DNA of 10,054 nucleotides from Octopus sinensis. Lineage: Eukaryota. The stretch lies in NCBI RefSeq assembly GCF_006345805.1, contig NW_021827711.1, forward strand, positions 1 through 10,054, read 5' to 3'. Of the stretch, positions 1 through 7,733 are shown piece by piece; position 1 is the stretch's first letter, and each line of letters starts with the position of its first letter. Position numbers and translations under genes: made by a program. The notes below the pieces were generated by a model, which was not told the origin of the DNA, searched no databases, and saw only the letters and a list, made by a program, of their open reading frames with translations.

Positions 1-37
<37 letters not shown>

Positions 38-60
38 TGTGTGTGTGTGTGTGTGTGTGT
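1..60. repeat. Compound microsatellite (GA)17(GT)13
   Basis: Direct reading; truncated by the window start. Confidence 0.98.
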
Positions 61-289
61 GGTAATTGTATTTCCTCATAAATTGAGAAATGGATACCTT
101 TTAATGGATCTTTTTGGTTGTGGCTTATTTTAATACAATATTCGTGTGTACATTTTCCTAAATGTTTGTCTGAGTAGAATTATACGCATGCGGGACGAAA
201 GTGAAACATTAGAAGCAAATCGAAGTATTGCCCGAAAATGACCTCAAATTTGTGCGACCCGACTTCGTTTCGGAGGTTAGTTTCGTTGT

Positions 290-356
290 AAAAAGGAGTT
301 GTGTAAAAAAGGAGTTGTGTGAAAAGGAGTTGTTCAAAAAGGATTTGTGCCAAAAA
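290..356. repeat. Four tandem copies of a 15-16 bp unit AAAAAGGAGTTGTGT, probably inside an unclassified dispersed repeat (~180-700)
   Basis: Copies at 290-304, 305-320, 321-335 and 336-350, plus a partial copy. Confidence 0.85.
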
Positions 357-1669
357 CATAGTTTATTTGATAGTCTTGATATATATAGATAGATAATAAG
401 TAACTTCATTATTCACACATCGTCACTCTCGTAATGCAACAATTGTTAATTTTGGTTCAATTTGAAAGTGTAAAACTGTTTCCGCTTTCTGATGAAACCT
501 TGTCATTGTAGAGCAGTGTCCTTCAAATAACTATAGCTTGTTGTTGAGATAACATATAAAATATGTAAATGAAAAATAAAGTTTATTTGGTAGTCGAAAG
601 ATTACTGAATCTTTTGATACCCCATACGTCAAAATCGGCAACTCAGTTTTCGATTGCATAAGGAATATACGCACGCATAATCACACATAGAAAATGTATG
701 TATAAATATATATATGTATGCTTTCATGTATGTATTATGTATGTGCGTGTGTTTCTACGAGTAGCTGAAAAAAGACGTGTGGTCAAGCAGATCGATTCAC
801 GTAATTCGTAAACCACAAACATAACACTAAAAAGTACACAACAACAAACAATTTAAATAACAAAACTCGTCTAAAACACCGACAGAATGCTACCAAAAAT
901 GTAACTAGAGCACTACATAAAAGTTAATATAAACATTTACGAATAGATTCAAAGTGAGAATCCAATGCATGACAATCTAAAGGTGATAATGATTAAAGAA
1001 TTTGAATCAAGAGAAAATATTCCTATAGACTAACGTGAGACACTTCTAAAGATAAAATTCAGTGATGAAATAGCAGTTAGTATATCCATACCAAGCCATT
1101 GCAGATTACTAAAGAATACACGAATATCTAAATCATCAGGATAAACGAAATAATACAAGTACCAATCATAGTAATTACAGATGGAAGTAGATACTCCTTT
1201 GGTTCTACTAATTTAGGAATCTCAAAATTTAAGCAGACATGACATTTATGAGCATGATTTCAATTGCTTACCAGACTTTTGATAACTTCTCCCACACGCA
1301 GTACTTGAGGATTCTAGCCATCAGTAAAACGTAACTGATAACAAACAGATACAAGAATTCTACAAAGTATAAATGGTTAACAATTCTGCAAATTTATACA
1401 AAAGAGGTACTATCAACACCAGCGGTGTTTCTGTTTCAAGAGGAAATTCTGTTTGTAATTAACATCTTTAGCCAATATGTTAAACCATTACGTTGTGACG
1501 ATCAACAATGTATATGAACCACAGGTGATAACTAAAAACACTGTTTCAGGATTTACATGAAATAAGTTAAGAGAAATTCAAATGATAAAAATACTTTACA
1601 TTTAATTTTTTATAATTTTGAATTTTTATCACTTCTTATTTTGAACTTGACAAAGGACAAACTTTCTGT

Positions 1670-2105
1670 CGAAATACTATAGAGTGTTCTGACTATAATA
1701 TCATGTCTCATCGGTAAATAATACCGTGATGACATTTTCGGACAACTGCTTATGAAGTGGGGTGATATCTTCAGTGTTAACTCCACAAAGTCTGCATTGG
1801 TTGTCACATCTTACTGCTTTTAGTACACCTCTGTCCCGTTTGTGCCCCAGGTAGTTGGTTGATATTTCCTGTTCCTGGATTGCAAATGCATACTCTTCAA
1901 AGTAGGAGGTAGTAATCCGGTTATTCATCCATGATAGACTGCTTTGATGATCAATGTTACTATCATCTCGAAGCTTTCAACTAATATATCCATGAATGTA
2001 TGTATATATATCATTGTACACTTTTATTTCAAGATTTCTTGCCAATAAAGTACCAGTTTCTAACCTAGATCCAAGGCTCCTTCATTGGAATTTCAACATC
2101 AACAA
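1670..2105 (-). mobile_element. Decayed fragment of an RLE-type non-LTR retrotransposon (R4/Dong-like): post-RT region and CCHC zinc knuckle
   Basis: The minus-strand translation across one stop and one frameshift is YIHGYIS*KLRDDSNIDHQSSLSWMNNRITTSYFEEYAFAIQEQEISTNYL...DNQCRLCGVNTEDIT/HFISSCPKMSSRYYLPMRHDIIVRTLY. It contains C-x2-C...H-x4-C followed by RHD, and the HG...S..W...FAIQEQ pattern typical of R4-clade ORFs. Boundaries are approximate. Confidence 0.8.
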
Positions 2106-2120
2106 TAGGGTATTTTTTTA

Positions 2121-2128
2121 TATGTATT

Positions 2129-2162
<34 letters not shown>

Positions 2163-2689
2163 TGTATGTATGTATGTATGTATGTACGTATGTAATGTAT
2201 GTATGTATATATGCATGTATGTATGTATGTATGTATGTACGTACGTACGTATGTATGTATGTATGTATGTATGTATGTACGTATGTAATGTATGTATGTA
2301 TATTGCATGTATGTATGTATGTATGTATGTACGTACGTATGTATGTATGTATGTATGTATGTATGTATGTACGTATGTAATGTATGCATGTATGTATGTA
2401 CGTATGTATGTATGTATGTATGTATGTATGTATGAATGTATGTATGTATGTATGAATGTATGTATGTATGTATGTGTGTGTATGTATGTATGTATGTATG
2501 TGTGTGTGTGTGTATGTATGTATGTACGTACGTACGTACGTATGTATGTATGTATGTATGTGTGGTGTATGTATGTATGTATGTACTATGTATGTATGTA
2601 TGTATGTATTATGTATGTATGTATGTATGTATGTATGTATTATGTGTAGTATGTATGTATGTATGTATGTATGTATGTATGTATGTATG
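2121..2689. repeat. (TATG)n tetranucleotide array with TACG/TGTG/AATG variants
   Basis: Direct reading; it generates the MYVC/HTYI pseudo-ORFs. Confidence 0.98.
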
Positions 2690-2734
2690 CATACAATGAG
2701 ATTGTATGTTTCGTTTTGTGTTTGTTTTCTCATT

Positions 2735-2788
2735 TGATGTGGATGATATCTTCGGTGTTAACTCCAAAAAGTTAGCGTCAATTGTCAC
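2735..2788 (-). mobile_element. Second short relic of the same retroelement zinc-knuckle segment
   Basis: 2744-2788 aligns ungapped to 1763-1807 at 37/45 nt, same orientation. The minus-strand translation is RDN*R*LFGVNTEDIIHIK. Confidence 0.75.
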
Positions 2789-2789
2789 G

Positions 2790-2945
2790 TAAGTATGTAT
2801 ATTTGCATGTGTGTGTATGTATGTATGTTTGTATATATCTATGTATGAATGTATGCCTTCATGTATGTATGCATATATCTGTATATATAATTTCAAACTA
2901 CAAATATAGATATACAATTCACACACACACACATATATATATAAA
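2790..2945. repeat. Degenerate TATG/TA/CA microsatellite region
   Basis: Direct reading. Confidence 0.8.
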
Positions 2946-3059
2946 GGGAAAATATATTGTAAATACACAAACGACAAGTAAGAATATTTAAACGTATACT
3001 GGGTGGATGAATGGACAGAAGACAGATACAGAAGGTCCCCAATTCTTCCGTGCCACTCT

Positions 3060-3171
3060 ATTTCTAGCCTTTCCTGTTTCTCCCCTTTCTTCTTCGTCTC
3101 TCTTTTCTCTCTCTTTCCCTCCTTAACCCTAACCCTCTTGCTCCTTTTTCTCTTCCCTTGTTTTCTCCTTG

Positions 3172-3206
<35 letters not shown>
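3060..3206. repeat. Polypyrimidine tract ending in (CT)n, contiguous with the SINE tail
   Basis: Direct reading. Confidence 0.9.
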
Positions 3207-3211
<5 letters not shown>

Positions 3212-3440
3212 CTTTACAACCCACAAGGGGCTAAACACAGAGGGGACAAACAAGGACAGACAAACGGATTAAGTCGATTATAGCGACTCCAGTGCGTAAC
3301 TGGTACTTATTTAATCGACTCCGATTAAAGGATAAAAAGCAAAGTCGACCTCGGCGGAATTTGAACTCAGAACGTAGCGGCAGACGAAATACCGCTAAGC
3401 ATTTCGCCCGGCGTGCCAACGCTTCTGCCAGCTCGCCGCC
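3205..3440 (-). mobile_element. tRNA-derived SINE (octopus-type), apparently near full length, ending in an (AG)n tail
   Basis: The minus strand begins GGCGGCGAGCTGGCAGAAGCGTTGG (A-box-like, 3430-3416) and has B box GTTCAAATTCC (3366-3356). This is followed by a central GAGGTCGACTTTGC...GTCGATTAAATAAGTACCAG domain and a 3' part AGCCCCTTGTGGG..TAAAGAAATAAG, which I recognise from octopus SINEs. No clear TSD. Confidence 0.88.
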
Positions 3441-3535
3441 TCTCTCCCTCTCTCTTGTCGTTTTTTTTTTATTTACAATACATTTTTCATTTCTTAAGTA
3501 ACGGAACGCAACGCACCCTGGCTTCTATTGACAGT

Positions 3536-3561
3536 TATGTGTGTGTGTATGTATATGTATG

Positions 3562-3596
<35 letters not shown>
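3536..3596. repeat. (TG)/(TATG)/(TA)n compound microsatellite
   Basis: Direct reading. Confidence 0.95.
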
Positions 3597-3600
<4 letters not shown>

Positions 3601-3716
3601 AAGTTATATAATTTATATTACTTGAACTGTTTGGGTTCCAAAAAATATTTTTAAAAAAGATTTTAAGATAATTAAAATTTTTATATACATTTGACAATGC
3701 TTCATGAAAATTAGTC

Positions 3717-3757
3717 GTGTGTGTGTATGTGTGTGTGCGCGTGCGCGCGTGTGTGTG
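3717..3757. repeat. (GT)/(GC) alternating purine-pyrimidine tract
   Basis: Direct reading. Confidence 0.9.
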
Positions 3758-4062
3758 AGTAGTAATAAAAGAGATTCAGGGAATCAAACAGGTCTCACGT
3801 TTAGTTCTCGCCAAGTGCATGGCTAACAAAAGTGACAGTGATTGAGTTCTAGCAATCCAGGAGATGCGATTATGAAGAGATTGTATGTGAATAGGACAGA
3901 TAAGAGAAATAAGGTAAGGCAAAAGTTGTTTGTTCCATTTGTTTACAGCTGTTTCATAATATTGTTAGTTATATAATGGACATTGCGTCAATAAACTAAC
4001 AAAATTATGAAACAACAGTAAACGAATGATATAAACATCTTCCTCCCACACCACTTCTCCGT

Positions 4063-4086
4063 TGTGTGTGTGTGCTTATGTGTGCT

Positions 4087-4119
<33 letters not shown>

Positions 4120-4137
4120 AGGCGTGTTTGTGTGTGC
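4063..4137. repeat. Interrupted (GT)n microsatellite
   Basis: Direct reading. Confidence 0.92.
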
Positions 4138-4244
4138 ATGAGCGTTTGTGTAGCATATGTATATTCTATTATTCTAACACAAGTAGATTATTTGTTAAGA
4201 AATGGTTAAATATATTCATATATAAATAAAGTTCCAGTTATTGA

Positions 4245-4580
<336 letters not shown>

Positions 4581-5333
4581 TAAGCTCTGTTTCACAAGGG
4601 CCAGCAAGTGTGCGGCCTCTCTAATCCAAATCTCAACATCCAGACACTGGAAAATAGATTAATTCACTCGGATGTCCAACTCTAGAGCAAATTTCTCCAG
4701 ACTCTCACACGAGCCATCTCGGCCGACAAAACAATCCAATTACCGAGTGAACAAATATTTCGTGTCTTAGATATAGTGTCTAACAGATTTTAGACTAAAA
4801 TACAAATCACAGCCCAAATGAATATACCCCTCCTACCCACCCCAGGCGAATTGTAATTGCCACAATCCATCTCCCTACACGATCAAGTCATCATCTCGAT
4901 TACATGTGAGGCACCGAAGCACTCTGTTGGTAGTGAAGGAAATTATACACACATGCTCATATACGTGTTCATGTATATACGTATAAGTACATTCATATAA
5001 ATACCCGTACACACACACACATATAAATATGTATTATCATGTCAAACAGACTAACAACATGGAAACTGTGGGAAAATGTGTGAAAGTACAAAAGTACAAG
5101 TGGTTGAGCACACATTAACCATTAGTTTATAGCAAAGTGGTAAATTAAGAAAATAATGATCTACTGTAAGACTTATTGATTAGCCACACGCATATTTGGT
5201 TATACTTCCATTGGTCTTCACTGATGTTAATCTATCCATACACCTGTCACTTAAATAATGCCCGATCTCTCCAGCCTTCTGTAGACATATAGACTAGATG
5301 TATGGGGTATATCCGTCTACCATTCATCTATCT

Positions 5334-5335
<2 letters not shown>

Positions 5336-5386
<51 letters not shown>
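5336..5386. repeat. (AT)n microsatellite at the Helitron 5' end
   Basis: Direct reading. Confidence 0.97.
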
Positions 5387-5387
<1 letters not shown>

Positions 5388-5797
5388 TATTAAAAGTGAA
5401 GTTCAATCTTGCTTGCTTGCTTGTAATGCTACACAACCAAACCGGCACATAATTGGAGTACTTTGAAAGTAAAGTGTCCCTGAAATGTGAATACAAACGA
5501 AATAAAACAAGTTTCGCGTAAATCGAACCAGTAGTTACTGAGATATTCGGGGTTTTGGGGTATAAATACCCAAATCGGTGTATAATGGGAAAATACTCCG
5601 AAAATAACTTCACGCCGAAAGGGGAAAAAAATCTCTAAACTTTCCTCTAGACACTTTATGATGGGCAAAGTAGTTTTAAGTGAAAATGACTTTTAAAATA
5701 CAATAAATATTTCGTAAAAGACCCGTTCGTAATCTCGGTGTGAAATAGTTTTTTTTCGATAGGTTTCTTTCGAATGCATTCAGCGTATCTCACCTCC

Positions 5798-5916
5798 AAA
5801 GATTTGACTGCTATTTCTAGCACGCCCTGCCACCACGTAACAGCTATTTTCGATAGAAGATCCGAAATACCTGTTACGTGGTAGCAGGGCGTGCAAGAAA
5901 TAGCAGCCAAATCTTT
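5798..5916. repeat. Long inverted repeat: 55/54-bp arms, 10-nt loop
   Basis: 5798-5852 vs the reverse complement of 5863-5916: 4 mismatches plus 1 indel; loop ATAGAAGATC. Confidence 0.97.
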
Positions 5917-6088
5917 CCTTTCTGGAGAAAGGAGCCGTTTATACGTGATTTCGATGTCACATTTGTTGAAAGCATGCGCAATAACATGGAAAACAAAAAA
6001 AAAATACGAAAGAAAATTCCGTTGCGAGAAACTCAGACTTCCCGGTAACCCAACGGGTCACGGATAATCTAGTGTGTGTATATATATA

Positions 6089-6875
6089 CAGGTTGCGGTG
6101 AATGAATTGTCGTCTAAATTACGCAAAAATGAAAATAACACTGATATCTCATCTTAACAGATATATTTACCAAAATTACATACAAATATCTTGAAATACT
6201 AAAGAGTAAATTTATTCAATAAAATCACCATTTGGCTTCAAGCGTGGCCTCCAGAAGACTTCAGAATCTCCTGCAACTCTTCTGGACGGTCTTCTTGTTT
6301 AAGTTAGTGAATGCTGCCATAATCCTTGCCTTCGTTCAACTTCCCACATTCATCTTCCCAAACAGCCTCAGACTCAACACAGAGGCCTACATTAAGGGCC
6401 TGGAGAAGGTAGTGCTACCCTGGGTTAAGAGGGTGGCTGCTGGAAGACCCTATGTCTAGCAACAGGACTGCATCATGCCACACAAGCAGGAGAACCCAGT
6501 CATGACTGTCAGACAATTTCTGTGACCGCATCACCCCAAACATCTGGCCAACTAACTCCTCAGGCTGCAAATGGATGGGGTACAGTTGAACGAAAGACCA
6601 ACAAAACTCCTTGTAACACCAAAGATGAAATGAAGGCAAGGATTATGGCAGTATTCACCACCTTAAACAAGGAGACCGTCCAGAAGAGTTGCAGGAGATA
6701 CCGAAGTCGTCTGGAGGCCGTGGTTGAAGCCAATGGCGATTTTATTGAATAAAATTACACTTTAGTATTTCAAGATATTCTTGTGTAATTTTGGTAAATA
6801 TATCTGTTAAAATGAGATGTCAATGTTATTTTCATTTTTGCGTAATTTAGACGACAATTTATTCACCGCAACCTG
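6089..6875 (+). mobile_element. Non-autonomous Tc1/mariner (maT/DD37D-like) derivative, 787 bp, with ~245-bp inverted arms (6089-6333 and 6632-6875)
   Basis: Ends are TA|CAGGTTGCGGTGAAT...ATTCACCGCAACCTG|TG(TA), with the left TA at 6087-6088. Manual arm alignment gave 20 mismatches plus 2 single-base indels (~91% identity). The interior carries transposase homology. Confidence 0.93.
6349..6752 (+). pseudogene. Disrupted C-terminal half of a mariner/maT-type DDD transposase
   Basis: Joining frames gives FIFPNSLRLNTEAYIKGLEKVVLPWVKRVAAGRPYV*QQD-ASCHTSRRTQS*LSDNFCDRITPNIWPTNSSGC..WGTVERKTNKTPCNTKDEMKARIMAVFTTLNKETVQKSCRRYRSRLEAVVEANGDFIE*. The QQD(S)A..H and WP.NS motifs are typical of the catalytic domain. 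There are two TGG-derived stops (6457-6459 and the S*L codon), two frameshifts, and the NPLD motif carrying the third Asp is deleted. The spacing extrapolates to D(37)D (inference). Confidence 0.88.
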
Positions 6876-6965
6876 TGTATATATATCACTATATATATCA
6901 TACATATCTCTATATATATTATATATATATATATAATACACACACACATGCACGCATATATATAT
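6876..6965. repeat. Degenerate (TA)/(CA) microsatellite flanking the mariner element
   Basis: Direct reading. Confidence 0.85.
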
Positions 6966-7596
6966 GCGTTGAATATTTTTACCAATTACGTTTTTCAGAT
7001 GAAATTTATTTGGGCACTTCGAATCCAAATATACTACAACAATTTCTTTATTTGATAGTGAAAACTGATCTACCACAAGTGATTTTTTTTCTTGCCAAAT
7101 ACGCATTTTTGATGACAATCTGTGTGCAGATTACAGTTTGTTAGGTATAAATTCAGATGTATAAATAATCGGTGTTAGTTTTCCTGTTTTTATTACTGTA
7201 GCTTTCTCTTGTGCCGTCCTTGTTTTAATGTTTATCATCCAAGGAGAAGTATTTGATATTGCATCACCCTACATAGCCAATGCAATGTAAGTTGGATGCG
7301 TTCGCATGAACCGTTTAATACTGTTGATATGTTACCACAATGAAGCTTAAGAAAATATGAGTAAGTTGTGCATTTTTCGAGCAATCATAGTTTATACAGA
7401 CAAAGATCTACTTTGCTCTAGAAGGAAACTTTTCCAAAACAGACGGCTTGAATGATGAGTTTCTTTTTAAATTCATAATTAATTGTAATTGAAGTTAGTA
7501 TAAATCTCTGGTGGGACGAAACACCGATAAACTGATATAACCAATCATATAAAAGAGATGGAACAGGTTTAGATGAAACGACTATCTAAGGGTATA

Positions 7597-7733
7597 TTGA
7601 GAGAGGGAGAGTGAGAGAGAGGCGAGGAGAGAGGGGAAGGAGAGAAGGTGAGGGGAGGCGAGAGGGAGACGAGAGGGTTAGAGAGAGAGAGAGGAAGAGA
7701 GAGAGAGAGAGAGAGAGTAGGGAGAATGAGAGA
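7597..7733. repeat. GA-rich polypurine tract
   Basis: Direct reading. Confidence 0.9.

Larger units (their letters stand above)
5327..6072 (+). mobile_element. Non-autonomous Helitron (rolling-circle element), ~690-745 bp
   Basis: The 3' end has an imperfect GC hairpin CCGGTAACCC-AAC-GGGTCACGG (6042-6063), then 5 nt, then CTAG (6069-6072), followed by T. The 5' end resembles Helitron starts: (TA)n-CTATTAAAAGTGAAG followed by (CTTG)3. The exact 5' end is uncertain, somewhere between A|TC at 5327 and 5386 within the TA run. No Rep/helicase coding sequence. Confidence 0.75.

Noticed and set aside
290-356. Short direct repeats resembling a CRISPR array
   Set aside because: The copies are tandem with no spacers, there are no cas genes, and the context is eukaryotic.
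965-1144. Plus-strand frame MHDNLK...IPID*RETLLKIK..., vaguely like an R4 N-terminal region
   Set aside because: 58 codons with one stop, no diagnostic motif, and opposite in orientation to the R4 relic. A TBLASTN or HMM search would be needed.
1996-2991. Long ORFs of MYVC/HTYI repeats (up to 217 aa)
   Set aside because: Stop-free translations of (TATG)n; no coding signal.
3124-3135. (TAACCC)2 telomere-like repeat
   Set aside because: Only two units within a pyrimidine-rich tract; expected by chance.
3231-3501. ORFs overlapping the SINE on both strands
   Set aside because: Translations of non-coding SINE sequence; no protein motifs.
7244-7292. Possible 43-nt cryptic exon (AAG|...|GTAAGT)
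   Set aside because: Mediocre acceptor, not frame-preserving, and such pairs are common in long introns.
7597-7733. Polypurine tract with H-DNA potential (also Z-DNA-prone 3717-3757)
   Set aside because: A generic property of microsatellites abundant in this type of genome; nothing locus-specific.
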